Below, one piece after another: positions 1 through 9,241 of a stretch of 64,000 nucleotides of DNA. The notes beneath the pieces were generated by a model, which had not been told where the DNA came from, made no database searches, and saw only the letters and a program-made list of their open reading frames with translations. The position numbers were made by a program, and so were the translations under genes. The stretch comes from a virus. Location of the stretch: IMG/VR virus record IMGVR_UViG_3300036773_000146, positions 32,001 through 96,000 of that record. The stretch is one strand, 5' to 3'. Each line of letters begins with the position of its first letter. The stretch's first letter is position 1.

Positions 1-97
1 TCGAGTCGAGCAGCAGGCCCAGCGTGCGCTCGGGCATGGTGGCGTACCGGGCCGCGTAGTCGGCGAGGTCGAGGATGAACGGCGGGTGGTGCAGCAT
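1..97 (-). CDS. hypothetical protein, 5' part (runs off window)
   Basis: ATG at 97 follows the CCGCACCGGAGG RBS and a promoter/operator. Confidence 0.6.
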   Translation of the reverse strand, partial: MLHHPPFILDLADYAARYATMPERTLGLLLDS

Positions 98-103
98 GTC
101 GGA

Positions 104-165
104 CCTCCGGTGCGGTCTGTTGAACTGACAAGACCGACCCTACCCGATCAGGTAGGGTCGGTCAA
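104..165 (-). promoter_or_regulatory. promoter/operator copy 1 plus start-associated motif
   Basis: TTGACC-N17-TAGGGT; palindrome 140-155 with 13-bp arms; CCGCACCGGAGG at 104-115. Confidence 0.85.
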
Positions 166-177
166 GGGCCTTTCTGC

Positions 178-666
178 TCAGCCCAGGTGCCAGGGGGCCC
201 GGCCGGACACGACGGCCTGCTGCATCCGGTCGGCGTACTTGCGGCGCAGGGTCTCGGCGATCGGCCCCACGACGGCGCTGTGCTGGGAGAAAGTGTCCAC
301 GTCCTTGTTGCCCGCCGGGTCGCTGCGGATCTCGATGCCGAAACAGGAGCTGCGCTTAGAGAGGTTGACGGCGCAGTGCATGACCCCGGCCGGGACGTAC
401 ATCACCGCCTCCGGCCCGTGCAGGTACGGCACCCACTCCTCGCCCTCGCGGACCAGGGTGGCGCCGTAGCCGTCCAGCAGGCGCACGGCGATCGGGCTTT
501 TCCAGTGCACGTGCGGGATGGAAATGCCGTCCGGCGGCATCCACACGTCGAGGATAGAAAACGGCGGGGTCTCCCCCGCCGTCTCCTCGGTCAAAATCGG
601 CCGCAGCTTCTGTCCCTGCGGCCCGGTGATCTGGTCGATACTGTTGATCTCGATACGCACAGTCAT
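178..666 (-). CDS. cupin-domain protein
   Basis: Cupin motifs PHVH...LLDG and YVPAGVMHCAVN. Confidence 0.75.
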   Translation of the reverse strand: MTVRIEINSIDQITGPQGQKLRPILTEETAGETPPFSILDVWMPPDGISIPHVHWKSPIAVRLLDGYGATLVREGEEWVPYLHGPEAVMYVPAGVMHCAVNLSKRSSCFGIEIRSDPAGNKDVDTFSQHSAVVGPIAETLRRKYADRMQQAVVSGRAPWHLG

Positions 667-694
667 GCGGTTACTTTCTCACGCGACCGGACGA

Positions 695-1027
695 TCAGGA
701 CTCCGTTGTGCGCCTGGCCCGCTCACGGGAGATCGCGGCGTCGTAGTCGATGTTCATCTCGACCACGTCGTAGTTGGCCGTGTAGACCTCGCCGTCGCCC
801 TTGTCGTAGTCCTGGAAGTCATCACGGACCTCGCCGTGATGATCAATCACCGGCAGGTGGCTGGGGATCTCGTCGCCCTCCAGGTAGACGACGGGCGGTG
901 GGGTCCACCCGGCCTTCAACAGAGCCTTGCGCAAGATGGCCGCGCGCTGGGCGGTGGATCCACCAAGCACGCTGGCCATCTTGCCAACGACCTCGTCGAG
1001 GTCGGTCTTGCGAACGGGTCTGGGCAC
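695..1027 (-). CDS. hypothetical protein
   Basis: GTG after GAAGGAGG; operon packing. Confidence 0.6.
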   Translation of the reverse strand: MPRPVRKTDLDEVVGKMASVLGGSTAQRAAILRKALLKAGWTPPPVVYLEGDEIPSHLPVIDHHGEVRDDFQDYDKGDGEVYTANYDVVEMNIDYDAAISRERARRTTES

Positions 1028-1038
1028 GTGGCCCTCCT

Positions 1039-1218
1039 TCAAATTCGGATCAGGCATTCGGTGGCGTAGCCGTGGCAGCCCACCAGCTGGATGGCCGTGC
1101 AGGAGGCCTCGATCCAGCTGGGTGCCTCGATCTGCACCCAGGCCCACTCGGCGACGAGCACGCCCTCCTGGAGCAGCTCGTGGGTGGTGATGCCCACGTC
1201 GAACTCGTAGACGGCCAC
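1039..1218 (-). CDS. hypothetical protein
   Basis: Short ORF in tight operon. Confidence 0.5.
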   Translation of the reverse strand: MAVYEFDVGITTHELLQEGVLVAEWAWVQIEAPSWIEASCTAIQLVGCHGYATECLIRI

Positions 1219-1309
1219 GGTCAGAACGCCTTCTTGAGCAGCACGTAGAGAGCGACCGCGACGATCGCGCCGAGCACGTAGACGAGGGTCCAGTCGAAGT
1301 CGGTCATGA

Positions 1310-1540
1310 TCAGACCACCTGCACCGGAGTGGCACTCCAGACGCGCCCTGCGCGGGTCAGTGCGAACTCGATCTGGACGTCGCGGAACTCGGGGTTCTCG
1401 ATGTCGTAGTTGATGCCCCCGTCGGACTGGGTCTGCAAGACCCGGCCGTCGGTGAGGAAGATCTTGAAGCGCGGGTTGCCGTTGACCGACAGCTTGAGCC
1501 GCTGAAGGGATTCGATACGACCCTGCGTGGTGTTCTGCAT
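1310..1540 (-). CDS. hypothetical protein (small beta-barrel-like)
   Basis: MQNTTQGRIESL..., GGAGG RBS. Confidence 0.65.
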   Translation of the reverse strand: MQNTTQGRIESLQRLKLSVNGNPRFKIFLTDGRVLQTQSDGGINYDIENPEFRDVQIEFALTRAGRVWSATPVQVV

Positions 1541-1545
1541 GATGA

Positions 1546-1905
1546 TCAGTCCTCCGGGTAGGCGGCGAGGATGCAGCCGTTGATGGCCTCGAAATGAAAG
1601 GCGTACTCGGCGGCTACGGCCTTGGCCGAGGCGGTCTGCGACCACTCGTAGGGCCAGTCGTAGACATCGCCCTCCCAGGCGATGGAGACGGCGCCCTGGG
1701 GCAGCTCTTCGTGCGTGTGGCCCGCCACGAAGAAATCGGTCACGTCGGCCCCGTAGTGCCGGGCCACGGCCAGCGCGACGGTGGCGGCCTTGGCCAGCTC
1801 CAGGCTGGTGCCCTCGCCGGTGCGCGGGCCCTGGCTGTACAGGCCCGTACCGCTGTCGCGCACGTAGGCGGTGTACTCGGGAAGGCTGATCTTGATTTCA
1901 TGCAT
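1546..1905 (-). CDS. hypothetical protein
   Basis: ATG directly after the CCGCACCGGAGG motif. Confidence 0.7.
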   Translation of the reverse strand: MHEIKISLPEYTAYVRDSGTGLYSQGPRTGEGTSLELAKAATVALAVARHYGADVTDFFVAGHTHEELPQGAVSIAWEGDVYDWPYEWSQTASAKAVAAEYAFHFEAINGCILAAYPED

Positions 1906-1910
1906 GCGGA

Positions 1911-1969
1911 CCTCCGGTGCGGCCTGAACGAACAAGACCCACCCTACCCGTTCAGGTAGAGTGGGTCAA
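1911..1969 (-). promoter_or_regulatory. promoter/operator copy 2 plus start-associated motif
   Basis: TTGACC-N17-TAGGGT; CTACCCGTTCAGGTAG 1944-1959. Confidence 0.85.
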
Positions 1970-1981
1970 GGCCCTGCGCGG

Positions 1982-2344
1982 TCAGGGCGTGTACGGGATG
2001 GTCGCGTGCAGGATCACCGTGGTGTTGGCCTGGATCTCGGAGAGCAGGAAGTAGTTCCCGAACGAGCTGTCCTTCGTCCACGCGTCCGGCTGCCGGGTCG
2101 ACTGCCAGATACCCGCGTCCGAGCCGGGGTTCTGGGCCACCCACTCGGCCGGGTTGTTCGTCAGCTCGCTCAACGGCGCCATGGCCAGCAGCTTACCCAG
2201 GTAGTCGCGCATGATCGGCCAGTTGGTGCCCGGGTCCGGCACGTCGGCGAAGGTCCCCACGATGAGGATCAGCGGCGTCTTGATCGTGTCCGACGCGCCG
2301 ATGGCGGTCAGCTCGGCTTCGGCGTGGTCGCCCAGTGCGGTCAT
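1982..2344 (-). CDS. hypothetical phage protein
   Basis: MTALGDHAEAEL...PLSELTNNPAEW...WQSTR; GGGAG RBS. Confidence 0.65.
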   Translation of the reverse strand: MTALGDHAEAELTAIGASDTIKTPLILIVGTFADVPDPGTNWPIMRDYLGKLLAMAPLSELTNNPAEWVAQNPGSDAGIWQSTRQPDAWTKDSSFGNYFLLSEIQANTTVILHATIPYTP

Positions 2345-2378
2345 GATGGTCTCCCTGGTCGGGAGGGCTTCCCCGCCC

Positions 2379-2792
2379 TCACCTATTCGTGCCGTCGCGC
2401 GGGTCCGGCGGCATGGGCTCGGGTCCGAAGCGCTGCTCGGTCCGGCCATCCGCCCAGTCGTTGGCGGCGGACTTGTCGGCGCCGTGATCACGCGAACCCT
2501 GGTAGTACTCCTCGTGGTGGGCCAGCCACTGGGTGCGGGTGAGGTCGGAGTGCTTGTCCGAGGCGCCGCACGTCGGGCAGAGGCCGAGGGGCTCCTTCCA
2601 GATGATCGCCTGGGTGATGGGATCCACCACCTCCACGGCAGGGGCCAGCTGGCCGAGCACCTCGGCGGTGCGCAGGTGCAGGTAGGCGAGGTCGGTCCAC
2701 GGCCCTCCCGGAGTGCCCAGACCGCCGTTCTCCCGGCGGCGAATGTAGCTCTGGGCCGCCTTCACGTGGTCCTGGGCGTTCATGTCGGTCAT
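2379..2792 (-). CDS. hypothetical protein (CxxC)
   Basis: ATGA overlap, GGAGG RBS. Confidence 0.6.
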   Translation of the reverse strand: MTDMNAQDHVKAAQSYIRRRENGGLGTPGGPWTDLAYLHLRTAEVLGQLAPAVEVVDPITQAIIWKEPLGLCPTCGASDKHSDLTRTQWLAHHEEYYQGSRDHGADKSAANDWADGRTEQRFGPEPMPPDPRDGTNR

Positions 2793-3151
2793 GCTTCCTC
2801 CAGCGCTGCTTCGGCGCGGAGCGTGGGCTCCACGCTGTCGGGACATCGGTAGCCGAGCGCACGCAGCGCGGCCACCCGGTCGGCGGCCGCGCTCGCAGTA
2901 GGCTCCTCGAAGGTCTCGCCCGCGTGCGGCAGGTCGAGATCCTCGTGGTGGTAGGGCAGTGTGCTCACGAGCTGATAGCGCGCGATGCACCGCTCGACGA
3001 AGTCCACCGAGCCAGTCGGCACCAGTGGTGGCAGCGGTTCGTCGAAGACCATCCGGCGCGCGGCGACGGCGACCCTCCAGCCGCCGCTCGCGTCCTCCCA
3101 GACGTACAGATCGCACTGGAAGTCGTCGGTGCTCCACCTGCAATAACTCAC
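2789..3151 (-). CDS. hypothetical phage protein
   Basis: VSYCRWSTDDFQCDLYVW; GTGA overlap. Confidence 0.65.
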   Translation of the reverse strand: MSYCRWSTDDFQCDLYVWEDASGGWRVAVAARRMVFDEPLPPLVPTGSVDFVERCIARYQLVSTLPYHHEDLDLPHAGETFEEPTASAAADRVAALRALGYRCPDSVEPTLRAEAALEEA

Positions 3152-3654
3152 CGCTCCTCCAGTGGCTCGGTCGGCGGCGTCGCGGGCTCGAAGGGCACTC
3201 CGGCGCCGCCGACTTCGGGATGCTGCCACCAGCGCTCGACCTTCATGCCGTCGCCTGGGTGGTTCCGCTCGGAAACCTCGTCGATCGCGTCGGCCCACAG
3301 GTTTTTCTGCTCAGTGGTCAGCTGCTTGGTGACGTAGTGCCACTTCACGTAAAGCCAGATGCTGGCCAGCAGCTCCTTGTACTCGTCAACCCGGGGCTTG
3401 AGCGCCTGGCCTCCGATGATCTCGCGAATCTCCTCGAAGGCCCGATGGTCGTTCGGATAGAACCCGATGCTGTCCAGCACCCCCTGGATCGCGTTGAGCT
3501 GCTGAGCCAGGAACGCCCCGTGCCGCGCGGCCTGCTTGAGCATGGCCTTCACGCCGTCGAGTTCGGCCTGCTGATGCCGGATGTGGGCGGCGTGCACCCG
3601 ACGGATCCGCTCCGACTGGGCCAGTTGTTCGCGCAGGTCGTCGATCTCGCTCAC
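3148..3654 (-). CDS. hypothetical coiled-coil protein
   Basis: Overlap-coupled ORF. Confidence 0.65.
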   Translation of the reverse strand: MSEIDDLREQLAQSERIRRVHAAHIRHQQAELDGVKAMLKQAARHGAFLAQQLNAIQGVLDSIGFYPNDHRAFEEIREIIGGQALKPRVDEYKELLASIWLYVKWHYVTKQLTTEQKNLWADAIDEVSERNHPGDGMKVERWWQHPEVGGAGVPFEPATPPTEPLEER

Positions 3655-4103
3655 GAGACGTGGCCTTTCTCGTCGTAGGTGCGCTTGCCGTCCATGACGT
3701 CACGCAGCTCCCGGACGCCGCGCTCGGCCTTCCGGAACGCCTCCTCGACGGCGTGCCGGTGGTCGGGCCGCACGTTGCGCATGTCGCTGTCGGCCTCGGT
3801 CATGGTCAGGTACTGCAACGCCATCTCCACGAAGTAACCGGTGATCATCCGACCTTGCGGGTCGTGGATGTCGCCGAAGAAGTCGGCCAGCTCCTTGCGG
3901 GTCTCCGGCAACGTGGCGTCCTTCGCGCCCGGAGCGCCGGGGATGGCCAGTTGCAGGCTGATCCACCGGGACAGCAGGCTGTAGGGGCTGCCGGAATTGG
4001 CGAAGACTCCGGCGAGGCCGTTGTCCACCAGCCAGACGTGGGTCTCGCTGATCAGCTTGATCAGCTCCTCGCGATTGAGCATGAGGCGCACGTTCTCGGT
4101 CAT
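3651..4103 (-). CDS. hypothetical protein
   Basis: ATGA overlap, GGAGGAG RBS. Confidence 0.65.
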   Translation of the reverse strand: MTENVRLMLNREELIKLISETHVWLVDNGLAGVFANSGSPYSLLSRWISLQLAIPGAPGAKDATLPETRKELADFFGDIHDPQGRMITGYFVEMALQYLTMTEADSDMRNVRPDHRHAVEEAFRKAERGVRELRDVMDGKRTYDEKGHVS

Positions 4104-4510
4104 GACTCCTCCACCAGAGTCTTGATGCGCTCCAGCGCGCGGATCGCGTCGGCGAGTTCCCGCTCGGCGCCGTCGGTGCGGGGATCATCGGCGTCCACGT
4201 CGAAGTAGAGGGCCAGGGCGGACCGCAGGGCGACCTTGCTGACACCCTGCTCCGGCAGCAGCAACACCCGCGACGACGGGTTCTTTATCGCCTCGTCCAG
4301 ACTGGCTAGCGTCTCGGCGGTGGGCGTCCAGTCCGCGTCGAGGCGCAGCGGCTGCGGTGCCGGGCCCGAGAGGATGAACTGCCCGACCGTGCCCTTGAGG
4401 TCCTCGACGAGGTTGCCGTGGGCCAGCTCGATGTCCTCGGTGGTGCCGTCGGCGTGCGTGACGTGCCAGACGCCCGTGAACTCGAACAGGTAGCTGTCGT
4501 CGGCGCTCAT
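4100..4510 (-). CDS. hypothetical protein
   Basis: ATGA overlap. Confidence 0.6.
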   Translation of the reverse strand: MSADDSYLFEFTGVWHVTHADGTTEDIELAHGNLVEDLKGTVGQFILSGPAPQPLRLDADWTPTAETLASLDEAIKNPSSRVLLLPEQGVSKVALRSALALYFDVDADDPRTDGAERELADAIRALERIKTLVEES

Positions 4511-4818
4511 GAACCCTCCTCGGTGTAGTCGGCCAGCTCCTGCTGGCAGGCCCGGTGCAACGCGAGCGACGCGCGCAGCTGATTCCACGTGCTCAGGGAG
4601 AGTGCGGACAGCAGCGCCACCGCTACGAGCTGGACCGCCTGGATGGCGTGGCTGGTGGGTGGCGGCGCGAAGCCGATCAGGAAAACCAGCTCGGCGATGA
4701 AGATCAGGCCGACGATCACCGTGGACACGATCCGGGTCCGCAGGATCTTGCGTGCGGTGTAGGCCTTGAGCGACAGCAGCCGCAGTTCGAGCGGCGGATA
4801 GCCATTGTCGATGTTCAT
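4507..4818 (-). CDS. membrane protein (2 TM)
   Basis: Two hydrophobic stretches. Confidence 0.6.
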   Translation of the reverse strand: MNIDNGYPPLELRLLSLKAYTARKILRTRIVSTVIVGLIFIAELVFLIGFAPPPTSHAIQAVQLVAVALLSALSLSTWNQLRASLALHRACQQELADYTEEGS

Positions 4819-5024
4819 TCGTCACCCACCAGCCTCCGCAGCTCGGCCCACTTGACGCCCAGCTCGCGCCGGACCTCGGCCAGCACGGGCTCGACCAGTG
4901 CGAAGTCGACGCCCTGATCCACGGCGTCGTCGACCGCCATGTACAGCATGTCCATGTCCGTACTGATCTCGCGGATGAACCGCGCGGCACGCTGAGTGTC
5001 ACTGGTCAACGGGCTCTTGCTCAT
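4815..5024 (-). CDS. hypothetical protein
   Basis: ATGA overlap. Confidence 0.55.
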   Translation of the reverse strand: MSKSPLTSDTQRAARFIREISTDMDMLYMAVDDAVDQGVDFALVEPVLAEVRRELGVKWAELRRLVGDE

Positions 5025-5199
5025 GAGATCACTCCTCGGGTTATGACCAGGGCCAAGGCCACCGCGACGACGCCGTGGCTCAGGCACAAGAACAGGGCGA
5101 GAGGTACGGCGGCCGGGATGGCCCGGCACCGCACTCCCCAGGTGGCGCTGACGAGCACGACGGCCACACACCAGATGGCCATGACCGCCAGCAAGACGT

Positions 5200-5394
5200 T
5201 CAGGTCGTCACCCCCTTGGTCGCGGCGATCGCGCAGACCGTGATGACGAAGCCGTTGATCACCAGCGAGATCACCAGCGAGATCACGGCGCCGGTGCCGG
5301 TGTATTTGACGACTTTCTTCTGCCCGGCCGAATACATGGCCGCGAGGATGTTCAAGCCGCAGAGGCCCGCGACAATCCACAGCAAGACGTTCAT
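5200..5394 (-). CDS. small membrane protein
   Basis: Two hydrophobic helices. Confidence 0.6.
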   Translation of the reverse strand: MNVLLWIVAGLCGLNILAAMYSAGQKKVVKYTGTGAVISLVISLVINGFVITVCAIAATKGVTT

Positions 5395-5500
5395 TCCCGA
5401 TCTCTTTTCCAGTCGATGACGATGGCCGCGACCAGCGCGACCAGGATGGCCAGGAGGATGAGCACGAAGGCCGAGCCGACGCCCCAGGCGACGGCCGGGC

Positions 5501-5791
5501 TCAACGCTTCGTCCAAGTGCGACGGGGTCGGGTCCATGCGTGCAGCGTGGCAGTGCCCTCGGCGGTGAGGCGCACGTAGTAGTGCGCAGCCACCGGGCCC
5601 GGTTCCAGCTCGGTCAGACCGGCCTCGCCCAGCTCGCGCATGGCGGCCGACGCGTGCTTGATCACGGGCTCGCCGAGACGGTCGGTCCAGCAGCCCTCCC
5701 AGTGGTGCCGGTTGCCCGCCGCCACCTGGTGCAGCTCGGCCTCGCGACGATCGGTGCGGGTGAAGGGCCGGGCCTCGGCCGGGGCGCTCAT
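5501..5791 (-). CDS. hypothetical protein (winged-helix-like end)
   Basis: ELGEAGLTE...VRLTAEGTATL. Confidence 0.55.
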   Translation of the reverse strand: MSAPAEARPFTRTDRREAELHQVAAGNRHHWEGCWTDRLGEPVIKHASAAMRELGEAGLTELEPGPVAAHYYVRLTAEGTATLHAWTRPRRTWTKR

Positions 5792-6021
5792 GAGCCGTTC
5801 CTGATCTCGTTGGCGAGGTCGCGCAGCTCGTCTCTCCGGTAGCTGGACACAGGCCAGTCCTCGTCTTCTTGAGCCAGCTCCGTCAGCACAGCAGCGACGG
5901 CCAGGGCCAGCTCGCGATCGAGAAATTGCCGGGTGCACAACAGGTGCGTTTGCGTGCAGCCGATCATGTCGTCGACTACCTCCGTGTGGGCGGCGCGCAC
6001 TAGCCGCTCCGGCAGGCTCAT
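5788..6021 (-). CDS. hypothetical protein
   Basis: ATGA overlap. Confidence 0.55.
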   Translation of the reverse strand: MSLPERLVRAAHTEVVDDMIGCTQTHLLCTRQFLDRELALAVAAVLTELAQEDEDWPVSSYRRDELRDLANEIRNGS

Positions 6022-6500
6022 ACCGCACCCCAGCGGTCGTGGTGGACGAGCCCGGACTGGGTTACGGTGACGTCGCCGGGGATCTCGCGCACGGACAGCA
6101 GACCGGCGCGCAGCAGGTCCGCCAGCGGCCGGGCGAGGTAGTGCCGGACCAGCGTGCCGGTGGCGTGCCGGAACTGGCCGTCGTAGTGCAGGGGCTCGGT
6201 CACGGCGGCGTGCAGCGCCGCATGCCGGGGCCGGGTGCCGTAGACGATCGGCGCGGGACTCTCCCAGTCGGCCATCGTGCGGCGGCCCTTGTCGGTGATG
6301 TGGGCGCGGAGCAGGCTCCCGGCCTCGGGTACCAGCTCGATCAGGCCGTCCTCCAGTATCTCGCGCAGGGCGCGGCTCTGGTGGCCGGTGACCACGTTGC
6401 TGTCGAGGTCGTACCACGAGGTCTCGAACTTGTCGCGCTCCTTGCGCTCGACGGCGCGGAGTTCGCTCAGTCTCAGGCGGGATGAGGGGATAACGCTCAC
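6018..6500 (-). CDS. tandem winged-helix-like protein
   Basis: Two LxxLLxxGL...(I/V)TxxG repeats; start motif at 6507-6518. Confidence 0.6.
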   Translation of the reverse strand: MSVIPSSRLRLSELRAVERKERDKFETSWYDLDSNVVTGHQSRALREILEDGLIELVPEAGSLLRAHITDKGRRTMADWESPAPIVYGTRPRHAALHAAVTEPLHYDGQFRHATGTLVRHYLARPLADLLRAGLLSVREIPGDVTVTQSGLVHHDRWGAV

Positions 6501-6537
6501 GAGGTGCCTCCAGTGCGGCAGTGGGGCGGATGGTCGG

Positions 6538-6834
6538 TCAAGCGAGGCTGCGGCAGAGCTTCTGAATCCGCACGGCGGGGCGGGAGACGAACTGGTCGGT
6601 GACGTGCATCCCGCGTGGACGAGGCAGCACCCAGGCAACCGGGGTGCCGTCGTGGTAGACGAGATAGGAGACGCTACCGTCCATCGCCTCGGCGATCAGC
6701 CGGGAGAACTCCAGGCCGCCCAGCTGGCCCTGGACGAGGCTGTCGGCGCTCGGCTGCACCTCGGCGCGGATGGGACCGCTCCGGAACGCCCGGCGGTGCA
6801 GGATGTGCTCTTCGATCTCGCGGTAGGTGGCCAT
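6538..6834 (-). CDS. hypothetical protein, paralog A
   Basis: VSYLVYHDGTPVAW; same length as and similar to 6841-7137. Confidence 0.7.
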   Translation of the reverse strand: MATYREIEEHILHRRAFRSGPIRAEVQPSADSLVQGQLGGLEFSRLIAEAMDGSVSYLVYHDGTPVAWVLPRPRGMHVTDQFVSRPAVRIQKLCRSLA

Positions 6835-6840
6835 CGTCGG

Positions 6841-7137
6841 TCAAAGCCCGAGGCCGTAGCGGCAGGTGTGCTGGAGCTGCGACGTGGTCTGCGAGAAACG
6901 CTGCGCGGTCACGTGCGCCTGGCCGTCGAGGATCCACGCGATCGGCGTGTAGTAGCTGTAGACGAGGTAGGAGACGCGACCCTCGGCGACGGCCGTGCGC
7001 AGCGCGGCGTACTCCCCCTCGTTGAGCTGGCCCTGACCCACGCTGCCGGGATGCACCTCGGCGTGCGAGGACGCGGCCTCATAGGCCTCGCGGTTCTGGA
7101 TACGGACCTCGTATTGACTGCGCGTGAGTCGCGGCAT
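6841..7137 (-). CDS. hypothetical protein, paralog B
   Basis: VSYLVYSYYTPIAW; ATG after start motif. Confidence 0.75.
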   Translation of the reverse strand: MPRLTRSQYEVRIQNREAYEAASSHAEVHPGSVGQGQLNEGEYAALRTAVAEGRVSYLVYSYYTPIAWILDGQAHVTAQRFSQTTSQLQHTCRYGLGL

Positions 7138-7142
7138 GGCTG

Positions 7143-7200
7143 CCTCCTGTGCGGCTGATGTGGTAAGACCGAGCCTACCTGATCGGGTAGGCTCGGTCAA
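7143..7200 (-). promoter_or_regulatory. promoter/operator copy 3 plus start-associated motif
   Basis: TTGACC-N17-TAGGCT; perfect 13-bp arms around 7180-7185. Confidence 0.85.
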
Positions 7201-7310
7201 GATCTGATCGAGGGGACGGCGACCGAGAGCAGGGTTGCGCCGCTCGCGCCCAACCAGCCCGGCGCGCTGCCCTCGGTTCTTATGTGGCTGTCCACGCCGC
7301 CCGGCGGCTC

Positions 7311-8123
7311 TCAGACGAGCCGGAAGTGCTCGTCGGTCAGCTCGGTCAGCGACTTGGGCCCGAGACGGCGGATCTTCTTGCCCTCGCGCTTGGCGTTCCA
7401 GGCCTGAGCCAGCAGGCCCAGGAACGGCTTGACCAGCTTGGAGCCCTGGGTCACCTGGTTCATCCGGACGATCGCGTTGCGCAAGGTCAGCTCCGGGTCG
7501 CCGTCGATGAGGCCGGAGCCCTTCTGCACACCGGTCCAGAAGTCGACCGCCAGGGCCGGGTCGATCTCGTGGGTGAGGAAGTACATCGCGGCGGCCGCGC
7601 TCGGGATCGCCCCGATCTCGTGCCGCAGGTTGACCCCGTACCGCACGGCATTGATCATCGGCTCGCGGTTCTTCACGCCGAACTCGACGATCTCGGAGTC
7701 GGTGGGCTTGTAGCCCTCTGACTTGATCTCCTCGATCTGCCACAGGAGCACGATGCGGGCGGTGGCCGCCACCAGCTTCGCCGAGGGCATCTGGAACCGC
7801 ATGGTCAGTTCGTCGGCGGCCGTGCGCTTGCGCTGCTTGTCCATCTTGTAACGGTGCTGGCGGTCGATGCCCTCGATGATGATGAACTCGATCTGGCGGC
7901 CGGACTGGACTACGGCGGACAGCCGGTGCTGGCCGTCGATGAGGTTGCCGTCCTGGTCGAACTTGATCGTCTCCCCGATGTTGGGGAAGTCGCCGTTGGC
8001 CATGTCGCGGGCGAGCTTGTCCACCCAGTCCTGCGACAAGGTGCGGTTCTCGCAGTTCGTGGACAGCCAGTCCTTGGCCATGCGCGGCGTGACGAGCAGT
8101 TTGCGGTGCTTGAGTTCGGTCAA
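7311..8123 (-). CDS. ParB-like / DGQHR-motif protein
   Basis: VTPxMAxxWL..NR...LARDM...LIDGQHRL. Confidence 0.8.
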   Translation of the reverse strand: MTELKHRKLLVTPRMAKDWLSTNCENRTLSQDWVDKLARDMANGDFPNIGETIKFDQDGNLIDGQHRLSAVVQSGRQIEFIIIEGIDRQHRYKMDKQRKRTAADELTMRFQMPSAKLVAATARIVLLWQIEEIKSEGYKPTDSEIVEFGVKNREPMINAVRYGVNLRHEIGAIPSAAAAMYFLTHEIDPALAVDFWTGVQKGSGLIDGDPELTLRNAIVRMNQVTQGSKLVKPFLGLLAQAWNAKREGKKIRRLGPKSLTELTDEHFRLV

Positions 8124-8133
8124 GGGGGTGCTC

Positions 8134-8192
8134 CCTCCAGTGCGGGGTCTGTACGGTGGTTGACACTACCCGACCGAGTAGGATCTTGGCAA
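8134..8192 (-). promoter_or_regulatory. promoter/operator copy 4 plus start-associated motif
   Basis: TTGCCA-N18-TAGTGT; CTACCCGACCGAGTAG 8166-8181. Confidence 0.75.
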
Positions 8193-8200
8193 ATGAAGAG

Positions 8201-8244
8201 GTCGGAAGCGGGATCTGATCACTCAGCGTCATCCCGCTCCCGAC
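8201..8244. terminator. stem-loop, probable terminator
   Basis: GTCGGAAGCGGGAT...ATCCCGCTCCCGAC. Confidence 0.5.
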
Positions 8245-8310
8245 CTGGGAAAAGGCTTCGGGTCGCTCCAGGGGCTACCTCGAAGGTTGAAGATCGATTG
8301 TGACGCTGTG

Positions 8311-8613
8311 TCACAACCTCTCGATGGCCTCGCCGACGAGGTCATCGGCAGCCCGGTAGTCCACGTTCTCGATGTCGCCGTCCTCGTCGAGGATGCCCTT
8401 GATGATTCCGGCCTTGATCAGGGCCGCGTACACCTCGTACTGCCAGCCGCTGTTGCCGAACGGGCGCTTGCCGTTGAAGGACTCTCCGTCCTCCCACACG
8501 CACGTCAGCAGCTTGATCAGATACGCCCGGACCGTGGTCGCACCGGCATCGTTGTCCATGGGGTCCATCGGCGCGGCCAGCACGGCGTCGAGCCTGGCGG
8601 GGTCGGTGCTCAT
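8311..8613 (-). CDS. hypothetical phage protein
   Basis: TVRAYLIKLL..VWEDGESFNGKRPFGNSGW. Confidence 0.7.
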   Translation of the reverse strand: MSTDPARLDAVLAAPMDPMDNDAGATTVRAYLIKLLTCVWEDGESFNGKRPFGNSGWQYEVYAALIKAGIIKGILDEDGDIENVDYRAADDLVGEAIERL

Positions 8614-8849
8614 GAATGCTCCTCGTCGTTTGCTCTGTCGCGGAAGCCATCGATCACCATGACGATGGTCCAGAAGCAGGTGTAGATCACGGCCGCGAAG
8701 GCGGCGTACACCAGGCCAGTCAGCGAGAACCCCGGCTCGGCGGCGCCAAGCAGGCCGCCCACGTCGGCGGTTGCCAGGATGAAGAACGTCAGCGAGAGCC
8801 AGCGCACCAGGAACGGCGGCGCGGTGACCTTGATCTTCTGCCCGCTCAC
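8610..8849 (-). CDS. membrane protein
   Basis: Two hydrophobic helices, GTGA overlap. Confidence 0.6.
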   Translation of the reverse strand: MSGQKIKVTAPPFLVRWLSLTFFILATADVGGLLGAAEPGFSLTGLVYAAFAAVIYTCFWTIVMVIDGFRDRANDEEHS

Positions 8850-9241
8850 TTGACCTCCAGGATGGGCACGCCGTAGCCGGTCACGCGGATCTGCACGAAG
8901 TGGCCGAGCGGGATGATGTCCAGGCCCGGCCGCGTGGTGAGGATCGCCGGGATGTCGTTGCCCTCGATCACCGCGTCCCGGGCCTCCAGCTCGTCCACGA
9001 CGGCGTACCGCACCGGCTCCCAGCCGACCACACTGCGGCCGTCCTTCGCGGCGTCTCCGGCGATCTGAGCCCGCATGTACGCCTCCACGCTCGCGTAGGT
9101 GCCCTCCTGGGCCACCAGGTTGCGCCCGATGACCTGCGCGGCGTCGTGCTTGGTCGTCTCGCTGGCATGCCGCATCACGTGCTCGGCGATCTTCTTGCCC
9201 ATGGCCTGGGCCGGGCGCTTGTTCGTGCGGGGGATGGTCAC
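8846..9241 (-). CDS. hypothetical protein
   Basis: Overlap-coupled ORF. Confidence 0.6.
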   Translation of the reverse strand: MTIPRTNKRPAQAMGKKIAEHVMRHASETTKHDAAQVIGRNLVAQEGTYASVEAYMRAQIAGDAAKDGRSVVGWEPVRYAVVDELEARDAVIEGNDIPAILTTRPGLDIIPLGHFVQIRVTGYGVPILEVK

